IMG/VR virus record: IMGVR_UViG_3300025676_000023
Span: 1 to 56,062 of that record
Reading direction: 5' to 3' (one strand)
DNA length: 56,062 nt
From: a virus
Lineage: Duplodnaviria; Caudoviricetes
Within the stretch, counting starts at the first letter, position 1, and each line of letters starts with the position of its first letter. A model generated the notes under the pieces. The model ran no database searches and was not told the DNA's origin. It was given only the letters and a program-made list of their open reading frames with translations. This document shows positions 29,277 through 38,434 of the stretch, in pieces. The position numbers and the translations under genes are program-made.

Positions 29277-30451
29277 TTTACCGCCCTCCTTGAAGTCGGA
29301 AAGCCCCCGAAAGGCAGGGGTCCAGACACTGAGGCTGCATTCGCAGAGCCTATCTCTGGGTTGTTCTTCCATCTTAACCTGCATCCATCTATCGTTTTCG
29401 AGCATTGGTCAGCGACCCAATAAGCGTCTTGCGGGGGAGGATTGCCCTTGTTGTCACCTATCTTTGAAACGAAATAATAGTTAACACCTTTAACCTTTAC
29501 TCTTACTGACACTCCCTTGCCGTAAGAGGTGTTGGAGTTCCATTCGTCTTGTCCATTTTCAATGTTGTATTGAACGTCTACCCCGATAATAGAAGTGATT
29601 GTTTCGTTGTTGTATGTGGCTACTGGTGGAGCCGCGCCGTTGGCCCCGTGACCAGTGTCTTTGCAGTCTGAATTTGAATTTTCGTGATTTAATTCATTTG
29701 GTTTTAGGTAAACAGAATCTGGGGCGTCCTTTTGCTGCTTCCATTCATAACAGCAGCCTTCCCCTCTGTAAGTCCAAGGGCAGGAGGAGTCATTAACCAC
29801 CCTGCCTGGAAGTTTCAAGCCTTGAGTGTCGAACGGAGAGGCTAGTTCTAATTCTAATTGTCCTTTGCTCTCGCTGGATTTTCTATCTACGAAATAAATG
29901 TCAGGGGGAAATTGGGCGTTTGGGTCTGGGTCGAAGTCTGCGGGTGGTGTTAGAATATTGGAAATCAAGGCTCCGTTTGCGTCATAAAAATTAGAAGAGT
30001 CTAAGTATTTAGCAAAAGTTCTTACCCTAGTCACTTTGGCCCCCACTAAGTCGTCTAAGTCTCTCATTGCCAGCTTGAGGTAAGTTATCCTGTTGGCTGT
30101 TTCTTGAGGTAGCCCTTCTGGGCTTATTGCTATTGAGAGCTTGGGTTTGGGAGCAGTGCCTTTGGCGCTTATTTCGTACCCGTCAACATCGATGGGGGCC
30201 GCATAATACTCTTTACCATCAAAAAATACAGAGCTCCTAAATAATTTAATGTTATTATGAAATCTAAGAATATGTTTGCCATTGTCTTGGTAGGCGTTTT
30301 TGCCTTGACCTTCAATGTATAAATTTCTTTCGTTGTTTTTAAGGAGGTCTGTGATATCTATCTCAAATAAGGACACAATAGCAGAGGGGCTAAGTGACGC
30401 TGATTCCAGCGACACTTTCTTTAAGGAATTTTGCGCGTCATTTGTATTCAT
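29273..30451 (-). CDS. Minor tail protein, lambda gpL-like
   Basis: 'LVGAKVTRVRTFAKYLD', 'ELASPFD', 'CPWTYRGEGC', 'DQCSKTIDGC', 'PFGGFP'. Confidence 0.92.
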   Translation of the reverse strand: MNTNDAQNSLKKVSLESASLSPSAIVSLFEIDITDLLKNNERNLYIEGQGKNAYQDNGKHILRFHNNIKLFRSSVFFDGKEYYAAPIDVDGYEISAKGTAPKPKLSIAISPEGLPQETANRITYLKLAMRDLDDLVGAKVTRVRTFAKYLDSSNFYDANGALISNILTPPADFDPDPNAQFPPDIYFVDRKSSESKGQLELELASPFDTQGLKLPGRVVNDSSCPWTYRGEGCCYEWKQQKDAPDSVYLKPNELNHENSNSDCKDTGHGANGAAPPVATYNNETITSIIGVDVQYNIENGQDEWNSNTSYGKGVSVRVKVKGVNYYFVSKIGDNKGNPPPQDAYWVADQCSKTIDGCRLRWKNNPEIGSANAASVSGPLPFGGFPTSRRAVK

Positions 30452-30452
30452 C

Positions 30453-30959
30453 TTATTCCACTACCTCTTCCAACTCTACCTTGATTGAGTAATTATTCTC
30501 AAAATTCATCGTCACGTCCCAGCTCCTACATACAAACTTTTTCATTGAAGAATAGGGGGACGGAGGCAGGTACGCAAAAGCTTCAGAGCCTCCGCGCTGA
30601 TGCAGGAAGTGGGAAATCGCTGTCGTTTCCGCTTCGTTCCTTTTGTCGAATACTAGCGACACTTTAAGTAGTCTCGTATTTATCCCGTCTGGTGTTCTTT
30701 GCTCGTATCCATCTCCGAATTTAATAGTCCTTACCGTGGGGTCTGTAGAGACAGAGGGGGAGTAGTTGGGAATCCAAAAGAAGTGGGGGATTGTTTTATT
30801 ATCAAAAGTGATATTCCCGCCCCATTTAGAAGCCCCCACGCTTGGGGTCTGGGTGTTTGAGTCTTCTAGGCTATAGAAGTGACTGTCAGAGTGGAGGTAA
30901 ACCTCATTCTTTGAAGCTGTACCTCCAGCCCAGCTTGGTATTTCATATATAGAACCCAT
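30453..30959 (-). CDS. Minor tail (distal tail) protein, lambda gpM-like
   Basis: 'VRTIKFGDGYEQRTPDGIN', 'FLHQRGGSEAFAY'. Confidence 0.9.
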   Translation of the reverse strand: MGSIYEIPSWAGGTASKNEVYLHSDSHFYSLEDSNTQTPSVGASKWGGNITFDNKTIPHFFWIPNYSPSVSTDPTVRTIKFGDGYEQRTPDGINTRLLKVSLVFDKRNEAETTAISHFLHQRGGSEAFAYLPPSPYSSMKKFVCRSWDVTMNFENNYSIKVELEEVVE

Positions 30960-30980
30960 ATCCTTTTTCCTTACCTTATT

Positions 30981-31021
30981 TTACACGTTTTAGAGATAAA
31001 AAATAAAAAATCTTAGTGTAA
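30981..31021. promoter_or_regulatory. Divergent pair of GTGTAA motifs (minus 30981-30986; plus 31016-31021)
   Basis: Each motif points towards its operon, 21-26 nt from the ATG; AT-rich spacer. Confidence 0.65.
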
Positions 31022-31047
31022 ATATGTAGGATAGAAGGCACAAGGGA

Positions 31048-32067
31048 ATGGCAGATTATTATAATTACAATAATGTGAGCGTAAAAGTGGGCGGAAGCGG
31101 TATTTTAGCTGATTCTGCGTCCTTTTCCTTCTCTAATCAGTTGTCCGCTTCGGATAGAATCAATAAAATTGGAGGCAATGAATACGTTGCTGATGGGGGA
31201 GTAAATGGAACGATGAGCTTGAGCTACTTCGTAGACGCCAATAGCGGCGATCCGTTTCATATGGCCGACGTAAAGCCAGGTCAAACGTCCTTCCCGATAG
31301 ACGTTGGTGGGCTAACCATCAACTCGGGCTTTCTTACTTCTTATAGTTGGGCCGCAACCCCGCATGGAGCGCTAAAGGTCAGTGCGAATTTTAACTTCTA
31401 CGAAGATTTTGGCGGCTCTTTTGCCCCCGTGATCTTGGGAGACTACGATTGGGATTGGTATAAAATGTCAGACTTGAGTGTGTCGCTTGCGGGCATGGAT
31501 GTGTCAAGTAAGATTGTGGCGATGTCTTACGACGAGTCTCACTCTTTCGAGCCTTTGTACGACATAAGCGGGGTAGTCCCAAAAGAGATGTCATACGGAC
31601 AAAAAGTAAAAAGTTTATCAATTGACACCTATAATATATTTGAAGCCATACCATATACAGGAAAAGAAATAACCGTAGATGTAGGGTTGAGGGGCCAATC
31701 GGCGATGTGGAGTGTTAAAGGGATATTGAAAAGCAAAAGCATCAGCATCGATTTTGGCCAGAAGATAATTTCCACTTTAGAGATTGAAGAGGACGGGTAT
31801 GGGGGAGCGCCAACAATTACTCTTATTAGCTACCCGTATGGACACAACGCTTTGTCGGTCATCGAATTGTGGGGTACGAACCTAGACCAAGCGACAGCGG
31901 TCTATTTTAATAATGAAATAAAAGCTAACGAAATAACCGAAAGAACCTCTACGTACATCAAGGTCAAAATACCTAGGTTTGCAATTGACGGGCCGATCAG
32001 GGTTGTCACGCCGCATGGCGAGGCTACGATTGGGGGGGCAAGCATAATTAGTCTCGATATACCATAA
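31048..32067 (+). CDS. Minor tail-tube-like protein with a C-terminal IPT/TIG domain
   Basis: 'SGFLTSYS' resembles tube 'NGFITSYT'; 'IELWGTNLDQATAVYF...IKVKIP...GPIRVVTPHG' is IPT/TIG-like. Confidence 0.55.
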   Translation: MADYYNYNNVSVKVGGSGILADSASFSFSNQLSASDRINKIGGNEYVADGGVNGTMSLSYFVDANSGDPFHMADVKPGQTSFPIDVGGLTINSGFLTSYSWAATPHGALKVSANFNFYEDFGGSFAPVILGDYDWDWYKMSDLSVSLAGMDVSSKIVAMSYDESHSFEPLYDISGVVPKEMSYGQKVKSLSIDTYNIFEAIPYTGKEITVDVGLRGQSAMWSVKGILKSKSISIDFGQKIISTLEIEEDGYGGAPTITLISYPYGHNALSVIELWGTNLDQATAVYFNNEIKANEITERTSTYIKVKIPRFAIDGPIRVVTPHGEATIGGASIISLDIP

Positions 32068-34325
32068 TGCCAACAAGCGGAAACATAAATGAATCAGTGC
32101 AGTTCCATGTGAGTGGTGCTGGGTCAATTACTGGTGTCAATTTTGGAGAAGGGCTGGCAAATTTTTCAATTATTAATACTGAAATTATTGAGGCGTCAGT
32201 TCCTCAGACCGCTAGTTATGGAAAAGTAGTATTTGGAAAACAAAACATAACTGAAATTTTTAATGTCACAGCGACTGGCAATGGAGACAGCGCGGCTTAC
32301 ACAGCCTTAACGGGTCAAATAAATAGTTTGGGATATTACGTTTCGGCTTCTGGGTGCTCAACAGGAGTGACCACTTTCACAGAAAACAATTCTGCCTCTG
32401 GAGTTTGCGTGATCTCCTCTACGGGCTCTTCAGTTTCAAGCGCTTCTGGAGTCATGGTTAGCGCTCACGGAAGTGGCTTCTGCGGTGGGCCGACTGGGTT
32501 CTCTACTGGAAGCTATACTGTCTCCCAGACTAGATTAAGCGGAATTTCAGTTAATCAATTGGGGGCTGATAATAATTACGTTGCACTAGGCTTAGTCGAG
32601 TACACTGGTAGCTTGGGAGTGAAAAAAGCGGCTGTTACTGTTACTTGTGAAACCTCTGGTAGAACATCCCAAACCGACTATAACTTTGTTCCTGTTTCTA
32701 GAATCAATTCGTTTACCGCTGTACCTAGTGGCGGCGGATTAATTACTTTATCTGGCAATTGTTTCACTTCTGTTACTGGCGTTAACTTGGGCGCTGGTCA
32801 GAGTTTGGCTTTTGGTGGGGTAAGTAATACTGAGATTTCGGGGCAAGTTCCGACTGGAGAATTCAATGATAAAATTTATCTTTATCTTTACTCTGGACTG
32901 ACAGTTGTTTCAAGTCAAAACTACGTTACCTCTGGCGTTGTTAGCGGCATAGACAAAAGTCAGACATTGTCAATTTTACCAAACCAAAACCTCGTAGCTA
33001 ATAGAGGGCTAGTTGGAAGCATTATTGTAAATGGGTCTGGCATGAATAACCTGACTGGCGTCAAATTCGTAAGCGCGCAGGACGTAGAGATTAACGTCAG
33101 CAACTTCACAGGAACAAGCGGCCAAGTCACGGCCTCCATAAACGGCTTGGCGACGGGCTTTCATGATATTGTTTTGTCTAAAACTGGAGCTTCAGCCACT
33201 GGGGAAAACATTGTCCAAATTTTGGATTCTGGATCGTTTAGTTACTCTTATGAAACCGTGTTGTCTTCTGGGTTTAATTATATTGGAGAGCAAGCCAGCT
33301 CCTCTGGTTTAGCTTCAGTATTGAATTCTGCTACCTACGCATTTGAGCACGCTGGGGAAGCCGATAGAATCTCTGTTGAGTTTTCTGGGGAAAGCATAAA
33401 CGCAGGAAATATAACTTTTAGCCTAAATAAAAAATCGAGCATAACCAAAACCGTACAGTCAAACTATACGATAAAAGCCAACGCCTCCGCTTCTGGAGCA
33501 AGCGTCACTGCGGCTTACGGCAAGTTCAATAGCGGAATATATACGACAAGCTTGTATGGCGCTTACGACCCAAGCTCATCTTACGAGATAAACGATAGGG
33601 TTTGCGACGTTAACTCGGAGTCAACCTCGCTAAATTCGGTAAGTACTGACTTTACTTCAACAGGGGTTCACACTGGGACGATCAGCGGAAATCCAGAGCT
33701 TAGTTTGGCCTTGATTGGCTTGTTGAGAAATAACGACGTATCACAATACACAGCTTATGTAGATCAGCAGTCTTTGTCTTGCGTCGTAAATCAATCAACG
33801 GGCATTACTTCTGGAGTGGTAGGGATGACCGCCACTGGTAGTGGGGTAAATATTTCTGCGAGCGGATTCAGCACTTCCAGCAACACGGTAGCCATAAACA
33901 ATATGATATCCTCTACTGGCGCTTATTCTGGATATGTTTTAATTTCTACAAGCACTGGGGTATCTGACAATTTTGAATCTTACATTTATCAAAGCGGGAT
34001 AACTTTTCCGCATAGTTCTTCTGATTTAAATAATACCAACAGCCAAATTTGGCATAATGTATTTGGCTCAGGAATCGCTATACTTTATCCAGGAGGGTAC
34101 GCTGGAGAGCACAGCTTAACCAGCGGCTTCGCTATTATTACTGGGAGCGTAACTGGCACTACTCAATTAAGCTTTTCTGGACAAAGCGTAAGCTCTGTTA
34201 ATAACAGCATAAGCGGCGAGATAACTAACAACCGATCCCAGTGCACCACTGGTGACCCTTCACACTTTGTAACTGGAGAGGTCGTGAATTTGTACCAAAC
34301 TGGATACTTCTACGGATACTGCTAA
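32067..34325 (+). CDS. Ser/Gly/Thr-rich virion protein with IPT/TIG Ig-like domains
   Basis: 'ITLSGNCFTSVTGVNL...EISGQVP', 'VNGSGMNNLTGVKF'. Confidence 0.65.
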   Translation: MPTSGNINESVQFHVSGAGSITGVNFGEGLANFSIINTEIIEASVPQTASYGKVVFGKQNITEIFNVTATGNGDSAAYTALTGQINSLGYYVSASGCSTGVTTFTENNSASGVCVISSTGSSVSSASGVMVSAHGSGFCGGPTGFSTGSYTVSQTRLSGISVNQLGADNNYVALGLVEYTGSLGVKKAAVTVTCETSGRTSQTDYNFVPVSRINSFTAVPSGGGLITLSGNCFTSVTGVNLGAGQSLAFGGVSNTEISGQVPTGEFNDKIYLYLYSGLTVVSSQNYVTSGVVSGIDKSQTLSILPNQNLVANRGLVGSIIVNGSGMNNLTGVKFVSAQDVEINVSNFTGTSGQVTASINGLATGFHDIVLSKTGASATGENIVQILDSGSFSYSYETVLSSGFNYIGEQASSSGLASVLNSATYAFEHAGEADRISVEFSGESINAGNITFSLNKKSSITKTVQSNYTIKANASASGASVTAAYGKFNSGIYTTSLYGAYDPSSSYEINDRVCDVNSESTSLNSVSTDFTSTGVHTGTISGNPELSLALIGLLRNNDVSQYTAYVDQQSLSCVVNQSTGITSGVVGMTATGSGVNISASGFSTSSNTVAINNMISSTGAYSGYVLISTSTGVSDNFESYIYQSGITFPHSSSDLNNTNSQIWHNVFGSGIAILYPGGYAGEHSLTSGFAIITGSVTGTTQLSFSGQSVSSVNNSISGEITNNRSQCTTGDPSHFVTGEVVNLYQTGYFYGYC

Positions 34326-34326
34326 A

Positions 34327-35574
34327 ATGCCTGAACCACATGTAACATATTATGTAAAAGTCGCCGCCTCGGCAGTCTCCCCGTATCAAAACGTGTTCTT
34401 CATGAGCGGGTCTGGGGATAGCTCTTACACTCAGAGTTGGAGTACAGCTTTAGCTTATCATAACGATTGCGCTATGCCAATGAAGGTCTATAAGTTTGAC
34501 CAGTCAGACTCTTCAAACGCAGGGCATCCATTCTATTTATCTAGCTACTCAGACGGAACGCACTACGGGGGTTTTGGCGGGGGTGTCGCTTTAGGTAGTG
34601 GCGCGGGAGTTTATCATTATGGAGTGCCAGGCAATAGCGGCGCTTCGACTAAAGTTAACATGGCGGAGATGCATGGGCACGGCGCGTTCTACGACCCTTT
34701 CTATCCATTTTGCCCCAACCACACTGGCATGGGCGGAATATCACTTTTCACTGCTACCCAAATTTCTGGTGAAGAGTGTGTGTCTGGGGATTATAGCGGC
34801 AGCGCGCCATACTCGGCTTGCACTTTGGAAACTGAATTTACGGGACAACTCAACACTTTAATAAGCTCAACAAATACAACTCAATCTGGTAAATACGGAG
34901 ATTTCACAACGCAATCATACTCGATTGTTACTGGGGTTGAAACTGGGTCTTTTCAAATAGCTGCAATCTCAGCCAATGGAGCAAGTAATTCCGCCGCGCT
35001 TGATCGGTTGACTGGGGTTCTTCAACCTCACTTTTCCACGAGCGGAGTAGCGATAAATGACGCGGCTGGAACAGCGACGACAACCAACATAAGCAGCAAC
35101 ACTATTACTTACTCAGGACAAGTCACTGGCTCGAACACGGCTACTGTGGTGGCTATTGCTAGTAAAAGATACCACATAGGTTATCACCCGCAAATCAGCG
35201 GAAACTATACGGGGGCAAACGTGAACGTGACTTGCCCAGATACATCAATTCAGGTTACCCTCAATAGGAACAGACAAATATATGACACTACTGGGTTGAT
35301 CTCCCAACCCGAAGACTCAATCACTCAATTCGTCACCTCTTTAAGCGCGACTTGCACAGGGTTCGAAACGACCCTAGAAGCTTCCTGTTTAAAATATCAA
35401 AATGGTGAAGAAAAATATGGCAACATAACATTTACAGAGGATAATAAAGACGCTTGGAGCGGCTATTTAGACAACGGAAGTTACCAATTAAGATATGTTA
35501 GCGGGTCGTTTACAACGCCGCTTGGGCTACATACATTGGGTAGTGGAACTATAAACGTAGATAGATATGTATAA
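34327..35574 (+). CDS. Virion protein with a cupredoxin-like N-terminal domain
   Basis: 'YKFDQSDSSNAGHPF...FYPFCPNHTGMGG'. Confidence 0.6.
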   Translation: MPEPHVTYYVKVAASAVSPYQNVFFMSGSGDSSYTQSWSTALAYHNDCAMPMKVYKFDQSDSSNAGHPFYLSSYSDGTHYGGFGGGVALGSGAGVYHYGVPGNSGASTKVNMAEMHGHGAFYDPFYPFCPNHTGMGGISLFTATQISGEECVSGDYSGSAPYSACTLETEFTGQLNTLISSTNTTQSGKYGDFTTQSYSIVTGVETGSFQIAAISANGASNSAALDRLTGVLQPHFSTSGVAINDAAGTATTTNISSNTITYSGQVTGSNTATVVAIASKRYHIGYHPQISGNYTGANVNVTCPDTSIQVTLNRNRQIYDTTGLISQPEDSITQFVTSLSATCTGFETTLEASCLKYQNGEEKYGNITFTEDNKDAWSGYLDNGSYQLRYVSGSFTTPLGLHTLGSGTINVDRYV

Positions 35575-37333
35575 AAGAATTACAGAAGGGCAAACGCTAA
35601 CTGTCACTGGGTTAAACTTATACTCAGGAAGCACTCAGGTATTCTTTAACACAACGGGCAATGAGGTCGGGGTATTAAACGACTCTTACAACGTTGATCA
35701 CACCCAAGTCTCCGTAAACGTTCCCGCAGGGCTCCCTGACTTGAACGACGTTATTGTTTATAATGGTATAAATTATTTCACTGGAGGCTCTAAGTATAGA
35801 TTTTTTGCCGCCCCAAGCATATCTGGCCTATCTGACAATTCGGTTAAATGGCTAGAAGACGTTTTGGTAAGTGGTAAGTATTTAGCTGAGACCACTGGGG
35901 TTTCGATTGACAGTAGTGGGTGTGATTTTTACATTGAGGGTCAAAATAGAGTCGTCCTCACTGTGGCCGCAGACATATCGAGCGGAGAGCAAACTTTACA
36001 GTTAGACACTAAAGGGGGAGTAGCTACCACGAGCATAACCATTGAGGAGCCCAACCTAGACGGAGAGCTCTCCGTCTATAGCTACAATAGCGGCTTAGCT
36101 TTTGGAGAATCTGGAGTTATAGAGAACGGCAAGGCAACGCACAGGGTAAACAGGATTATTGTGTCTGGATACTCGGAGCAATTGTTTATTGATCCATTAG
36201 ACATGATTAGCCACGGAACAACGGGGCTTTCATTTAGAGTTCCAAATAAAGCTATAAACGGACACCCTGTTATTCTGCAAAATCAAACAGGGTATTATTC
36301 TAGCGGCAACTATTACCCGACTATAATAAGCCAACATACTACCTCTCAAAATTTGAAAGTTATTTCGCCTTATGTGTCGAGCGTGTCTACTGGTGCGGCC
36401 AAATACCAAGACTCAGTTACCGTCAACGGCAGTCAGGTAGAAAATTGCAAAATTTTAATTTCTGGATACAACGTGGGCTACATTGAAGCTACAACTACGT
36501 CTACTGGCCTCAATACTAACGTATTCAGTATGCCCAGAGGGGCTATGCGATCTAAGATCATCGCTAGCGGATACACGGGCGATACGAGCTCGACTTCCAC
36601 TTCAGTAAGTCACATTTACCCGATACCGACGATAACGGGCGTTTCTGCATCGTCTTGGGTAATTGGAAATCAAGTCGAAATTGAGGCTATTAACGCAGCG
36701 GAAGCGAGGCCTTTAGTCGCTATAGATGGTTACGATAAATTAAGGGGTGGTGGAGCCTATAGCGTAAATGGTAAATTTATAGTTGGGTTGCCTAGTGATT
36801 TTTCATCAAGCAGGGTTAATCATTTTGGATCAACTAGCATCGACAACTCTTCCTTGTCTGATAGTTTGACGACGGGGGTAAGCAAAATTACCACCACAAT
36901 AAACGCGGAAATGATTGGTAGCGGGAGCCCGTTTCTGGTTTCTAGATATGAAGGCGGGTACTTAAATGATTTAAGCACATTCGTCGATCAAATCATAAAT
37001 ATCCCTAATTATAATGCCGTTACTATTTCTGGCAAACAGCCCACGATAATTGGACTGAGCTCAAACAGGTCGGTAAAAACAGACACCATATCGATTAGCG
37101 GAAATTATTTCATGACCGCTTACCAATTAACCCTGTCGGATGGATCGGAAACTAAAACCTTACCCACTGGAAGCTTTAACGAGCCAACTCAGGCGGGACA
37201 CAATTTCATAGAGGTCATACCCTCTGGCTCGGCAAACAACTACGAAGCGCCCCACAAAATATCAATTAACTTAAGTGACCTTAATTACTCTGGCACGAAT
37301 GGAACATTTACCCTACAAACAATAACACCATAA
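35567..37333 (+). CDS. Multi-IPT/TIG virion protein
   Basis: Repeated 'TVTGLNL', 'VSGKYL', 'TVNGSQV', 'ISGNYF' Ig-like units. Confidence 0.65.
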   Translation: MYKRITEGQTLTVTGLNLYSGSTQVFFNTTGNEVGVLNDSYNVDHTQVSVNVPAGLPDLNDVIVYNGINYFTGGSKYRFFAAPSISGLSDNSVKWLEDVLVSGKYLAETTGVSIDSSGCDFYIEGQNRVVLTVAADISSGEQTLQLDTKGGVATTSITIEEPNLDGELSVYSYNSGLAFGESGVIENGKATHRVNRIIVSGYSEQLFIDPLDMISHGTTGLSFRVPNKAINGHPVILQNQTGYYSSGNYYPTIISQHTTSQNLKVISPYVSSVSTGAAKYQDSVTVNGSQVENCKILISGYNVGYIEATTTSTGLNTNVFSMPRGAMRSKIIASGYTGDTSSTSTSVSHIYPIPTITGVSASSWVIGNQVEIEAINAAEARPLVAIDGYDKLRGGGAYSVNGKFIVGLPSDFSSSRVNHFGSTSIDNSSLSDSLTTGVSKITTTINAEMIGSGSPFLVSRYEGGYLNDLSTFVDQIINIPNYNAVTISGKQPTIIGLSSNRSVKTDTISISGNYFMTAYQLTLSDGSETKTLPTGSFNEPTQAGHNFIEVIPSGSANNYEAPHKISINLSDLNYSGTNGTFTLQTITP

Positions 37334-37334
37334 T

Positions 37335-38111
37335 ATGTCCGCAAATATACAATTTCTCGCCTTACCTTCTGGAACCACGGTGACTCCTTCTTACGGCTTC
37401 CTGAACGACAGCTTTACAATAAGCGGTGCAAATCTTAATTACGCTACTGGCGTAAAGTTTGTAGATAAATTTCAAAACGAAATTGACTCGTCTTTTTCGA
37501 TACATAGCGCGTCTAAGATCGTGGGGAATGTTCCTTTGCTGGACTCTTCTATGGGCAAGCACGAGCTCAGAATTCAAAATGAAGTGGGGTATACGAAGCT
37601 GTACTTTGACCCATTAGTCCCCGTCCTAACGTCAGAACCAAGAAGGCTTATTCAGCATACGGTAACAGACATAACAGATCACCTAGGCATAAACGCGTCA
37701 ATTGATGAATATGCGCCCAATCAAACTCAGGGCTTTGAGATAGCCTCAACTACGGTTCAGGCCATTCACGCTTCCAGCACGTTTACGATATCTTGCGAAT
37801 TATCTCTAGAAAATGATTTCTGGGGATCGGCAGTTTTAGCTTTGTTTAAGGACTCAGAAACTTCTCCGAGGAGAGTCTGGAACTATGGCCTTATTGGCCC
37901 CACAATGGGCCAGATGGCGACTTTAAGCTACGTTGTGACGGCGGGTAGCGCTACAAATCAAACTTGGCGTTTGAGGCTTGGTAAGACGAGTAGCTCTTTC
38001 GCGACTGTCTATTTAAATAGAAACCTGTCCAACACAAACCCTTACGGCTTGGATGTGGCTAGGTCGTATATGACTATAACTGAAATAGAAGCACAAGGAG
38101 TATCTTACTAA
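37335..38111 (+). CDS. IPT/TIG domain plus fibre-tip-like C-terminal domain
   Basis: 'TISGANLNYATGVKF'; C-terminal 'SYMTITEI'. Confidence 0.55.
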   Translation: MSANIQFLALPSGTTVTPSYGFLNDSFTISGANLNYATGVKFVDKFQNEIDSSFSIHSASKIVGNVPLLDSSMGKHELRIQNEVGYTKLYFDPLVPVLTSEPRRLIQHTVTDITDHLGINASIDEYAPNQTQGFEIASTTVQAIHASSTFTISCELSLENDFWGSAVLALFKDSETSPRRVWNYGLIGPTMGQMATLSYVVTAGSATNQTWRLRLGKTSSSFATVYLNRNLSNTNPYGLDVARSYMTITEIEAQGVSY

Positions 38112-38434
38112 TGGACATTTTACAAGTATTAACGACTTTTTACCAAGAGCACGAATGGGTATCTAAGAATAACGACTACGACTCTCTGTATTGGAGTGAG
38201 AGCAACTCCGAGCCTAAGCCCGCCCTAGAAGAGCTGCAAAGCAAGTGGGACGATCAAAGCTCCGAAATTGACAATAAGAAAATTCAAGCCGTGCGTCAAA
38301 GGGAAATATTGTCCAAATGGCCAATAGAGAAACAGTTCGAAGCTATCACCGAGCTTCATATGGATCGCCCCGAAAAGATGGATGAGCTTATTGCGTACAT
38401 TGAGCAAATAAAAATTGACAACCCAAAGTCTTAG
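38111..38434 (+). CDS. Small fibre-associated (XkdW-like) protein
   Basis: 'YDSLYW...KPALEEL', 'IKIDNPK'; last gene of the fibre operon. Confidence 0.45.
   Translation: MDILQVLTTFYQEHEWVSKNNDYDSLYWSESNSEPKPALEELQSKWDDQSSEIDNKKIQAVRQREILSKWPIEKQFEAITELHMDRPEKMDELIAYIEQIKIDNPKS

Noticed and set aside
29277-29405. N-terminal extension of gpK in the ORF track
   Set aside because: Overlaps the conserved gpL C-terminus; GTGA coupling at 29276 gives a normal-length gpK.
22860-31000. Invertase-driven flipping of the tail-tip block
   Set aside because: No inverted repeats found at the boundaries and no recombinase nearby.
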